Shown one piece after another: positions 11,042 through 23,155 of a stretch of 64,000 bases of DNA (position 1 is its first letter; each line of letters begins with the position of its first letter). The notes beneath the pieces are model-generated. The model ran no database searches. It was not told the DNA's origin and saw only the letters and a list, made by a program, of their open reading frames with translations. This DNA comes from a virus, in the IMG/VR virus record IMGVR_UViG_3300045988_058019, positions 39,546 through 103,545 of that record. One strand, written 5' to 3'. Made by a program: the position numbers and the translations under genes.

Positions 11042-13603
11042 TTAAAACCAGTTTTCTTCAGATTCTATAGAATCTATTTGTTCGTAATCTTCATCATTTA
11101 ATTCCAGTGTAGCTGGAGCAGCTGGCAATGCCGGTTCACCATAGAAGGTAATTCGAGTCCCGACAAGAGCATGGGAACCGTCCAACCCACCGAGAGAATG
11201 CAAAGCGAACAAACCCGCATGAGACCCATGGCCCGAGCCACCGCCGATTAGAAGAGTTCTAGGTGTAGCTGTAGCACTAGTCCAGTGATAATCACAATAA
11301 TAAGTTGTAGCACTAGCTCCATTTCCTACTACAGTTGGGAATAGATCTGCCTAATTATTATTAACGAGTTTTTTTACATATTGACCAGTAATTGTACTTT
11401 CTTTAAAGTCTTGTAACTCATAACCTGCTGCAATTAATTGCTCTGCAGTAGGATTAGTTCCTCCTTCAAATGTACCAAACTTAGTATAATCTTTGCAGAT
11501 ATATACACTATTGTCAGTACCAGCAACTACTACATCAATTACATTCTTCCATACATGACCAAATGGATTCTCAATACCACGGTATCTAGGAACATTAACT
11601 ACCTTAGTACCAGTAGATGCGCCTTCTGCATTAGTGTTAGTATGAGTATATTCAATTATACCAGTACCATTACCTAATGAATTAGTAGTACCACAAGGTA
11701 CAAAAGAATATGTAGTAGCTCCATTTACAGTTACAGTTCCTGTAGTTACTCCATCACCCAAACCACCTTGATGATAGCCTTCTGCAGTTAAGCTAGCATT
11801 AAATGCTTTCTGACTATTCAATGTAGCATATTCTACTACGAATAACCAAGTAAGATCTCTGTGAGCATCATAAGTATAGATATTCCAGTTGTTAGTTCTA
11901 TTGTTATTTCTAGCCATAGTCTGGAATTCTGTTCTAGTTTTGCTTACTATAGGAGCAGCATTACGAACTTGAGTTCTCAATAAATTATTATGACTTGAAC
12001 TATCTAGATTTACACTTCCCTCATATGCACCAATATATTTCTTTTCTACTTTAGTATAACCAGGAAGATTGTATTCACTCATACGAATTTCAACTGTATT
12101 ATCTGGAGTAGCTATAAGTAATCTATAATGTTCTGGAATCTCTACAAAAGCTTCTACACCAACCCCACTACTATCTTGAGATGAGGTAGTACCGTCTTCC
12201 CACTTAGTCCAGTCATCTGCTTTTAAGTATTTCTTAGTATTATCTGTATTGCTGATAGTACACCCTCTCATCTTACTCTGGATAGGAAGTGTTTTATGCA
12301 TCTCCATATTACCAGTACGTACACCATCAGAACTAGAACTATTAGCTAAGTCAAACTTAACTCCATACCACAGTTCATTTTCATTTCTACTAAGCTTACC
12401 AATCTCTTCATCAAGAGTAACAGCTGCACTTATAGCACTAGGACTATCAGCTAAGTAATTAGTACTTGATAAGTCAGGCATTTCATTAGTTTCAGTTAAA
12501 CCTACCTTATCATTTACTTTAAGTAAAGTAGTTCTAAGTTCTGTAATATCTTCATTTAATGCATCTTCTAAGCTATCGATATTACCTTGTAATTCTGTAT
12601 CTTTCGCTTTTAATTCGTTTACAGCTGCTTCTCTAGCAGTCTTCTCATCATTAATAGCATCGGGAAGAGTTTCATTAATAGCTAACTTTTCAGCACCAGT
12701 CATTAAACCAGCAACAGTATTAGTAGCAGGAGTAATAGTAATATCAGCTAAAGTAGATTCTACATATCTACCATCACTCTTCTCTACTCCAGTAAGACTG
12801 ATAGTAATGTTATTAACATCTGTTTGATCTAATTGGAATGTACTCAGCAAGTTATCAGGCATAGAGTTAACTACATTCTCCATAGCTTTACCTTTACCAC
12901 CATCATAAGCAGTACCAGTAATATCACCAATAATAATAGCATTAGAATCGATGTGTACCCATTGTGAACCGGACCATCTAAACTGATAACTTACTTCACC
13001 AGGAGTTACATTAACATAGATTTTATCTCTTTCACCTACTATAGGAGTTTCATGTTCAGCATCTGCATATAACTGTATATTCTAAAGTACTCCAGTAGGA
13101 GATACAGTATAAGTAGCATATGCATCCATTACATCATCAACATACGAAGGCAATTGACTAGCAGGTACTTTACCATTACCATCAAGTTCAGCAAGACCAT
13201 TAGGTTGACCCTTTAATGCTTTGAAGTCTTGTAAGTCTTCATTTACATCATCAATCTTAGTATCTAGTCTATCTACTTGAGCTTTTACAGCAGCATCACC
13301 TTTATTAATGGCATCTACTATACTACTGCCTTTAAAATAGTTATTACTACTATTATCAGGCAGAGATATAATATCACTATTCTTATCATAGTTCAAACCA
13401 ACAGATTGTACAATCTCTTTAATGTGAGTCCATTGGTCTACATTAGCATCTCTATTCAGTGGTATCCATTTCTTAAGATCAGGACTATATGACTTAATAA
13501 CATTACCAGTACTGTCTGTTGCTAAGTCAATCCAATAAGAAACCTCTTTAGGATTTGGAGCATACTTAGATGCTATGAAATTAGGATTTTCTTGTTTAAC
13601 CAT
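11042..13603 (-). CDS. Tail fibre protein, DGR target with C-type-lectin-like variable C-terminus (2 in-frame TAG)
   Basis: Fragments 13082-13603 and 11351-12883 are in frame, and the gap 12884-13081 was hand-checked open. After TAG 11351, 102 codons run to TAA 11042: ..YYCDYHW..LLIGGGSGHGSHAGLFALHSLGGLDGSHALVGTR.. The fibre motif GQPNGLAELDGNGKVPASQLPSYVDDV is present. Confidence 0.8.
11155..11250 (-). repeat. DGR variable repeat (VR) inside the tail-fibre C-terminus
   Basis: See TR. All 61 non-adenine template positions are identical, and 27 of 35 TR adenines are substituted. Confidence 0.9.
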
Positions 13604-13701
13604 ATTTGCAAATATTTAATAATTAAATAATCTCCTGTTCTGGAGTATCGTATTCTTTCTATTTCGCATATTCATCATTGAAATATACAATATTGTTTTC
13701 A

Positions 13702-14790
13702 TTATGTTATTGGATTTAATGCTACAACTTGACCAGCTTCAGTCTTATCAAAGTAATTAACTACAGCAAACTCTTCTTCTGCCTTTTTTCCATTACCTCC
13801 TTCACTGTTTACATAACTTCTGATAAACTGCTATCCTCTCTTCTCACTGTTACCTGCTACGTAACCAAATCTGAATTCAGTACTTATATATTCACTATAC
13901 ACACTACCATTTTCTTTCAAAGTGACTACTCTAAGCTCTATTGATTCAGAGGCATTAGTAGTGTTAATACATTTAGAAGATGACTATACTAATATAGTTC
14001 CATCTATGTTTATCTATTGATTCCATACTTTATACTGTTTATTATTAAAGGTAACATAACCATTTATAGAAGTATTTGAAGTAGACTAATATGTGAAATC
14101 TCTCTGTATAATTAAATTAGGTATACCTTCTACACTGTCATCTACAGGATTAACTTTATACCATCTATCATTGTATTTAACAGCCTCCCCAACCCATATC
14201 TTCTCAAGCATACCTTCTTCAAATACCCAACCGTCTTTATCTGCAAATACATAATCCTGAGTATGTATTCCTACACTAAAACCATTTAGCTAATATGCTT
14301 TTACTATAGTACCTCCTTTATAAGCAGTACATTCAACAGTTACAATACCATCTTCTTTTGTACCATACCAGTTTCCTCTAAGTTGTACAATTAACTATTC
14401 TGGCATAGTTAAACTAGGGTCATTAGTATATACATCTTGAATGGATTTAATGTCTACCATTACACATTCTGCTCCAGATTGAGTATTATCACCTCCCCAG
14501 TATAAAAAAGGTTGGGTTCTATCCTCAGAAGAACCCCAACTCCATCCTACGATCTCACTAGGTATACCTGGAGCATTAGTAATATTAGTACCAGTATCAA
14601 AGTCTCTACCGTTAGATGTAGTCCATATGAATCTCAACTATATACTATTGAAATCATAGAAGTAAGCTACATCATCCCTAGTAGGCCATATATGGTTTAC
14701 TCCATCAAATACATCGGATATATTAGTATTGCCTACGGTTCTCTTTTGTAGGGGAACTGCTCGTCCCCCTGCTATACCTAACTCTAACAT
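13702..14790 (-). CDS. Tail-module hypothetical protein, 362 aa
   Basis: ATG 14790 (TAATG overlap) is in frame with ORF-track 14395-14637. Hand translation through TAGs reaches TAA at 13702. Confidence 0.5.
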
Positions 14791-15410
14791 TATGCACTCT
14801 CCTCATCAATAATATTATAAGTCATACCTGCTACTTTAGTAAGCTGATTATATTCAGCTTCAGTACCAGTCCATATAGGTAATGATATCTTACCACTATT
14901 AGCACTAGGTAATGCTAAAGTAACACCGGTACCTTTGTTCATTGCTTGTTGTACAGGGTCTAACACAGATATCTTATTCTCACTAATCAGTTTGTTTATT
15001 AACTGAGTAATGTACTCTTCATCAAGCAGCTCACCAACATTACCAAGATTATTTTCAATACTACTAATCTTATTGTTAATGCTAGTTATGTTCTGCTCAA
15101 TATCGTCTATACTAGATTCAAGATTAGTAATTCTATTATTAACCGTAGTTATCTTACTATCTAACTTATTTATCTTATTAGTAAGTTCTGATATACTTTG
15201 GTTAACTTCATTCTTGAAATCCCCTATTGAAGATTCTATAGTAGCATCTATATAGTCTTTAATTCTATCATCATTAATTACTAAATCAACAATCTAGTTT
15301 ATAGGAGCTTTATAGTTATGTTCCTTTTCAGCTACAACCATGTATTCACTACCTTCAAGATTGCGCTTAGGATCTAGCTCCGATATCTTTATGCCATCAC
15401 ATTTATTCAT
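14790..15410 (-). CDS. Short fibre-like coiled-coil protein, 206 aa
   Basis: The N-terminus MNKCDGIKISELDPKRNLEGSEYMVVAEKEHNYKAP resembles the N-terminus of the 23156-26437 fibre. One TAG is in frame. Length is a multiple of 3. Confidence 0.5.
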
Positions 15411-15415
15411 AACTA

Positions 15416-16321
15416 TTACTCTTTAAAGAATCCACTAGGAGCACTTACTTTATTAAATACTACACTATCAGTAGTAGCTAATGATAATTGAGCTCTAGTA
15501 ACTACATGAGGATTATCTCTTCTAGCTGCATGAGTATCAATAGCATTCTGTGCATTAGTAATTAACTGTTTAAGCTCATTAATTTGGGATTGCAAATTAT
15601 TATCTGCATTAGTTCTATTAGTAATCTCTTGATTAATTAACTCAGTAAGATCAGTAACTTTACCATCTACATAAGTCTTAAGCTCATTCTTAGCTTTAAT
15701 AATCTCACTATTTACATAGCTTCTTAAATCACTAATCTATTGGTCAATCTTACTATCTAACTCTTGTATATTCTGAGTTAATTCAGTAATCTTCTATTGA
15801 ATAGAACTTAAATCACTACCTACTATATTAGTTATATCTTGACGTATCTCTTCAATATTAGAATTGATATTAGTAATATCTTGATTTATATCATCAATGT
15901 TGTTATTAATATTTGTAATATCCTACTTGATATTATTAACATCGCCTTTGATATCATTAATCTCATTTCTAATATTGTTAATCTGAGTAGTTAACTCTTC
16001 TACTTTCTGATTAATATACTACCACAGTTTATTAACTTCCTCTTTCAGTTCATCTTTAAATTCAGCTAATTCATTTCTGATTTCAGTTATAGAATCATTA
16101 ATAAACTGTTCTATCTAATCAAGAGCTCTATTAATATAATCAATGATAGCATCTACTTGCTTATCATTCAGATCTAGCGTCTCCCATGTATTAGTATCAT
16201 TACGATAGTATCTAATACAACCACCATAGTAATTAGATGTAACGTCAATCCAATAATCTACTTCTAGAGGATTAGGCTACGTATCTGATGCTCTAAATCT
16301 AACTATCTCTCTCTGTAACAT
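15416..16321 (-). CDS. Coiled-coil fibre-like protein, 301 aa (about 6 in-frame TAG)
   Basis: The N-terminus ..PNPLEVDYWIDV.. resembles the DGR-target N-terminus. A long N/I/D-rich heptad-like region follows. TAA lies at 15416, and length is a multiple of 3. Confidence 0.5.
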
Positions 16322-16324
16322 ATA

Positions 16325-16768
16325 TTATGCTTTAAATGTTGTTATTTTATCTTCTGTTCCATCATCATATACATCGATATGAACCCATGTAACATCTTCC
16401 TCTAAACGTACTTTACATGGTAATAACAAAGGTTTAGCCTTTATTATCTCTCTTATTTCTTCTGCAGTCTTATCATCACAAGTGAAGTCCACAGCGTTTC
16501 CTGTAATGTGCCCGCTAACATACACTCCTTTCTTACTCTTGACTATAGGACACAGGTTACAACGCATACCTCTTTGATGCATATTGCCAATATTAATATG
16601 CATTGGCATTCGTAAAATATCAGTACGTAGACACAGTAATACATGTAGTAGCTATGTACTTAAGAACATCCATGACTATTCTCCAAACCTACTATATATG
16701 TGATTACATACTAACTCTTTTACATCAAAGTAAGGTTTAAGTTGTTTAATTATTTCTTCTCTCGGCAT
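16325..16768 (-). CDS. Peptidase M15-like cell-wall hydrolase (endolysin candidate)
   Basis: SGHITGNAVDF and WVHIDV match the Zn-ligand pattern of M15 (VanY / L-Ala-D-Glu peptidase type). An upstream in-frame ATG at 16768 is followed by 2 TAGs. Confidence 0.65.
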
Positions 16769-16937
16769 CATTGTTATTCATCATTAGAGCATCACCAACT
16801 AGATTGGCTGCTACGTTCATACCAAATTGTTTAGTGTCATTATCTATCTCACTTACCTTTACGTTGATTTGAAGGAGCAGAAGATATATCTGCTCCAACA
16901 ATTCTCTATCTGTCATATGTGCTAAGTATGGGTTCAT
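16746..16937 (-). CDS. Small hypothetical protein, 63 aa
   Basis: Intact ORF-track ORF. The ATG overlaps the TAA of the BACON gene (TAATG). Confidence 0.4.
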   Translation of the reverse strand: MNPYLAHMTDRELLEQIYLLLLQINVKVSEIDNDTKQFGMNVAANLVGDALMMNNNDAERRNN

Positions 16938-19174
16938 TAGAAACTAACTGTTTGTTCTCCTGTTTGTAACTAGAAACTTTTTACTAATGTATATCCGTTA
17001 CCTGAACGTACATATATGTTTGCAATATTACCAGCATATATAGTTCCTCTATTAATTGTTAAACCGTTATCTGTATTCCAAGTAAAGGTATTGGGCACCA
17101 AGAAGGCCAAATACACTGTCGAGCCTTCCACTGGTACTTCCCCTGGAGGGAATAGATAAGCTGTAGAATAAGTAAGACTGGTTAAAGTAAGCCTATTAGC
17201 AACTTCCTACTTACCATCTTGAATAACATTTACAAATGCTTGAGCACCACTCTCTGCTTGAGTTAAAGTAATCTTAGCAGTTCTCTAAGTTGTTGTTTCA
17301 TTCTCTGCTACAGTTATATACGTAGTGTTGGTTGTAGTTCTCGCAGCAGCAACCCAAGAATTATTTGACGAGAATTCATAATCTAGAGATTCTGTAGTTT
17401 CACTACCGTCGCTTTTAAGTACAGTCTTATAAGATTGCACTGTAAGAGTCTCATTAGTTTCTGCTGCAGTTACACTTAAATTCGTTGGAGTTACGTTAAA
17501 CGTATATGTAGGAGTATAACCGCTTTGAGTTATCTCTATAGATTGAGTCTTACCAGATTCATTCTATGTAAATACTAGAGTAGTACTTCTAGTACTAGAA
17601 GTAGTGTTTTTCAGTATCTCTACAGTTATTTTTCCAGTTGTACTTACAACTACCCAATCAGTATCGCCAGAAGTTAAGCTATAACCTATGTTACTACCAT
17701 TCTTAGTAGATACTGTTCTTGGAATGAAAGAAGCACTACTATATGGAGCATCATATGTATTTGGTGTTATTGTAAATACATACGTATCTGCTACGTATGC
17801 ACCTTGACTAACATTAACAGTTAATGTATTACCAGAACCACTCTGAGTTAATACTACTTTTCCACTTCTTGCAGATCCACTATTATCGGATGCACTAATA
17901 GTAACTTTACTACTAGTAGTAGAAGTAGTTATCCAGCTAGGTTTACTAGACACACTCCAAGATTGACTACTACCATTCTTAGTAGATATTACAGGTATAT
18001 TGGCAGCAGTTCCATTAGCAGAGAAATCCCACGGGAAGTTTGCACTAACATCTGAAGTACTGCCGTCATCCCAAGTAAACACATAATTATCTGCAGGTGG
18101 TACATAACCGCTCTGTGATATTGTAGCATAATCTCTATTACCAGATTCTTCCTATGTAAAGTATACATTTGCAGATCTAGAAGATGTAGATGAATTAGAA
18201 CTTATAGTAAATCTACCATTACTATATGTAGCCCATGAAGGTAATGTACTACTATCTATACTATATCCTAAACTGATCTGATTACCATTTACCAACTTAT
18301 ATGAAGTAAAGCCTATATCTCCTGTACCACCACTAGCTCCAACATTAACTTGCCATGGACTAATTGTAAATACATACTCAATAGTAGGTTCAGCACCAGC
18401 TTGAGTAACTGTACAAGTAGCTGACTTACCACTATAAGATGCGGTAATAGTTGCAGTTCTACTAGATGTAGATGTATTCTCTCCTAATGTTAAAGTACTA
18501 GGTGAAGTAGTACTACTAAGACTACCTAAGTTAGTAGACAATGTAGGATTACCTGTTTCTTCAGTAACATCTCCACTCTCCCAATATACAGTTCTCTTAG
18601 CACTAGCTGTAATAGTAGAAGTACCTCCACTACTAGATACACTAGTGGGACTAGCTGATACAGATATAGTCCATTCACCATATGAACTAACATCATCCCC
18701 ATCCTGTGATAAACTAATAGTAACTGTCTTATTAGACTCATTCTGAGTTATAGTAACTGTACCTGTTCTATTTGAAGTAATTTCATTAGCAGAAGCACTT
18801 ACTGTAGTTCCACTTAAAGAGAACCCACTACCAGATATAACTGTAGATTTCAATGACACACTAGTATCACCACTCTATTCTACTCCATCTAATACTTTTC
18901 TCTTATAAGAACTAACAGTAAAAGACTTACTACCACCACCAGCTCCAAATGACATACTCGTAGGAGATACTGTTAAATAGTAATTCCAAGTCTCTACCTT
19001 CTTACGTATATCATCTATCTTTACACATTCATTAGCTCCATAAGTAGAAGCATTATCAATAACTATCAATGAATTAATAGCTAAAATCTAGGTCTTAGTA
19101 GGACATTCTGTCCCACTCTAACCTAGACTAAGCTTACTTAATATCATAGAATATGTTGCTATTTCATTACTCAT
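16937..19174 (-). CDS. BACON-like repeat protein, 745 aa
   Basis: Fragments 18875-19069, 18152-18859 and 17564-18082 share a frame. 17563 down to 16937 was hand-walked (TAGs at 17285, 17207 and 16970, then TAA at 16937). It carries repeated units of the form ..SFxxxGGS..W...S....R(S/T)xxxxxTQxxSGxxxxxxxxQxG. Confidence 0.7.
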
Positions 19175-22100
19175 GCTGCTTATTCTTTAAAGTTTCTATT
19201 TCAGCTTTAAGCTTTTCAATCTCATCCTTAAGCATCTTAACTCCTTCAATAGCTAATACACCTAACATCTCATACTCTACCTTCTTAACCTTAACATACT
19301 CTTCACCATCTTTAGTGAATGATTCAAACTGTTCGGGATTACTTACTTCAGACTTAAGAGTATCACTTTCAGTTACTATGTCCTCAAAACCTAATTCCTC
19401 TAAGTTCTATGCTATAGTACCTATTTGCTTCTAATCATTCATTATAAATGATACAGTAGGTATAGAACATATCTGATCTAGAGTGTAGTCTAAAGGTTTA
19501 ATATCTGATTTTAAACGAGCATCAGATTCTTTGAAGAAACCACCTGCTGCAGATACTTTACCAGAAGATGCTACATTACCACCTATGTAAAGTTTATTAT
19601 CTCCAGCAATAGATCCAACATTAACCCCAACAATTACTGATCCACCGTTAGCACACATAAGTATATTCTTAGTACTAGCACCAGTAGAAGAATACCTATG
19701 GTTTAAATATAGATGGTTAGTATATGAATTTATTTCATTTGTGTGTTCTATATTTATACCTCCAGCTGCGCTAATAATATCATCTCCAGCATATATGGAC
19801 TATTTAGGAGTTATAGTTACCATTCTAGCTACTCCAGAAGTGGGCATAGCTGCATTACTTATAGATTCGACCATGTTACGATAGTCACTGCTATTGCTAT
19901 AATAAGCATGTACTACAAAAGATTGGAATTGTCGTATTTGTTTAAACCACAAATGAACCTTACCATCATGGATAAATACTTTTATATCACCAAATCCAGC
20001 TCCGTTATTAACCCCAGAATACTATATTATTGAGTTTCCTGTATTATAATTATAGAACTATATTACTGTATCAAACGGAGGTGTAGTATAATCGGAATTA
20101 CCGAATATTCTTACAGTAATCATTGCATCAACACTAGATGCATTTCTTAATTTTACCAAACATCCTTTATCATAGTTATATACCATTTTTGGTGAATAAC
20201 GCTAATCTAACTCGTTAGCATAATTACCTTTATGAAGTAATTTATAATGAGTACCTCCATAATAGAAAGTTGCTCCTTCATCTAAACTATCTACTCTACC
20301 TAATGATATACACGGATGAGTTGATAGTTTATCATTATACAGATATGCACCTAATGAGTTAGTATATCCTACTTCTGCAGTTTGTGTTCCACTATTAATA
20401 AACTGTATATAACTAGAAACATCAGTTCCATGTAAAGTTAAAGGAGTTACTGATGAAGTTTGATTTATTGTTAATGCTCCCGTCATAGTATCCCCAGCTT
20501 TCTTTACAAAAGCAGATGGACTGATACCACCAACTGTGTCAGCATTGCCAGCATTAGCTGGCTTACCAACGCTTACAGTCTATGCACTACCTCCAGATGG
20601 AGTTACTGTAAAATTACCAGCAGAACCATTAGCAAATGTATATGTAGTATTAGTATTCTACGAAGGTATACCTAGCGCGGTTATATCAGCTTTAGTTACA
20701 GCAGTAACACTAGCTACATGACTAGTAGAATCAGTAGAGAATTTATATAATCCAGATGCTTTACTAGGTGCAGAACCAGCAGGATGTACGTAGTTATTAT
20801 ATGTAGCTCCTTTAGTTAAAGTGAGAGTATCACCACTAATAGATGCAGTAGTAACAGCATTACCAGAACCAGCTACAGTTACTTTACCAACTTTCTTAGC
20901 TAATTCTGTATTCATAGTAGACTACAGATTGTTAATATTAGTCTGTAACTGAGCATCACCATCCTTTCTAGCTTGTATCTCTACATTCAAATCGTTAGTA
21001 ATCTCGGATGAACTACTCTCGATAAGCTCTTCTAATCTATCTACTTCAGTAGTTACTCTATTATCTAGATTAGTAATTCTATTAGGTATATTGACGTCTA
21101 AGTTCTATTTATCAGTAGCAGTCATTACACCAGCTGCAGATTGTGTAGCAGCAGGTATAGTCTATGACTTAGTAATAGGATTAGCATATGAATTACTAGC
21201 TGCAGATAAATCAGATTGCTTATAGTTAATAGTTACACTAGTTGCATTTCTAGACGTTGCATCTATACCAGTAACTAGGTTATTAGGTAGTGAATCAAGC
21301 TTATCACCAGGATTCTGTATACTACCAAATTCATTATATAAGTCATCTAATCTGCCTTTATCTATTGCAGACATAGCACCTGCATTAGTAGTTGTAGCTG
21401 ATGGTATATCTATATTATCATCTTGTAATGGACCGTAATTTAAACCATCTTTAGCTGCATACTTATAGTTAATCTTAACTAATTCACCAGTACTAGTAGT
21501 AGGAGTAAGATATGAAGTAAGTTTAGTAGGCATACTATTTAAAGCATCTCTATTAGCTTTACCTTTATCTCCAGGATACGCTGTACTAGGAGTTTCACCT
21601 AATGCTAAACTCTAACTAATCTCTAAGTATTGAGTACCAGTCCATCTATATGTTAAGTTAGTATCCTTAGATACATATATCTTACCAGTTTCACCAATCT
21701 GAGGGAATTGAGCTTTAGTAGAGAACTCTAATACATCATCTACATAAGATGGTAATTGAGCTGCAGGAACTTTACCAGTTGAGTCTAATTCAGCTAAACC
21801 ACTAGGTTGACCTTTAGTACTAATGAATGCATTTAAACTATTAGTAATAGTAGTGTCGCCTGCTTTCCTATCTTCAATTTCTTTCTGTAAAGCAGCTTCT
21901 AGCTCATCAGTAACTCCATCAAACTTGTTCTCAATTCTATCTATCTCAGCTTCTCTATCTGCAATCTCCTTATCAATCTTATCATCAAGATCATCTATTC
22001 TACTATTTAGATTGGAGTCTGCTTCCTTTAGGTCTTCAATCTATCCAGGAATAGTAGTATTAAGTTCTACATAGTCTTCCTTACTCATAAGACCATCCAT

Positions 22101-22757
22101 AGAAGCAGTAGCATTAGCTATACGTATATCCATATAGATATTGTTACCGCTCTTAATAGTGTTCCATGATACACAAGGAGTACTATTCTGTCTAAAGGTA
22201 ATGCCATTAGTTACTAAATCATAAGTAGATGTATTAGTACCATCTTTAAACTTAATGTTAGTTAATGCTAAATTACCTATATATACATACTGACCATTAT
22301 CTGTAAGTACTTTAGTACCATCTCCAGTAGTCTTAATAACTGTAGTAGTATATTGTTCTTTACTATAGTTTAATGAACCATCTACAGTAATAGTATCAAA
22401 TACTACTTGAGATATATTATCTGTACCTTCTTCTTTAATAAAATCAGGAGATTCAATGTATATAGTACCACCAACTATAGCTACTTCAGTTGCTAAGTCT
22501 AATCCATTTCTCTTAGGGTTAATAGTATAGATAAGCTTGCCTTCTTCTATAGCTTGTTTTAACGCGTCATAATCTTCTTGACTTACTTTACCATCAACGA
22601 TAGTAGGATCAAAGATATACATAGTCATATCTTTAAACTCTATCATTCGGATCTTACCATTTCTTTCACCATCTTGGAATGGAATCATTTCCTATCCTGT
22701 GACAGCAGTACGTTCTGAAGCTTGACTAATCTTTAAACCTTTAATTCTTGCTATCAT
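19167..22757 (-). CDS. Giant tail fibre with C-terminal S74-type intramolecular chaperone domain, about 1196 aa
   Basis: Five ORF-track fragments share one frame. Gaps 19659-20201, 20916-21161 and 21534-22040 were hand-walked and contain only TAG, no TAA/TGA. The C-terminus has SDARLKSDIKPL...IGTIAQNLEELGFEDIV...EMLGVLAIEGVKMLKDEIEKLK, ending at TAA 19167. Confidence 0.75.
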
Positions 22758-23145
22758 TGTCAATCAAATTATTTTCTTTCTACTATTCTAACAGTACTAC
22801 ACCGTTATCTTCCCATAACCAAGGATCTGCATCCTCTGTTAACAATGCTAATACATAAGGATCGTACAATCCTCTAAAGTATCCATTACCACAACCACAC
22901 TTAATACAATACGGTTTGAGTTTCATAGGTATACCACTATATAACTGTGGTTTAACCTAATGTAAGTATCTCTTTAGTATTTCAGAATCTATGGGAGTAG
23001 TAACACTAGATGTGTTACTAAACTCCAATAAATCTGTTAATTCATTGTATACTATGGTTGCTACAACATCTCTATTGTTCCTAAGTATATTAGTTTTAAG
23101 TATAGAGTTTGTTTTACTGTTTATATATTCTCTTGCTTTATCCAT
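22741..23145 (-). CDS. Hypothetical protein, 134 aa (Cys motif CIKCGCGNGY)
   Basis: ORF-track 22957-23145 extended through TAG 22957 and a TAG-TAG doublet to TAA 22741. Confidence 0.45.
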
Positions 23146-23155
23146 AGTAAATCAA

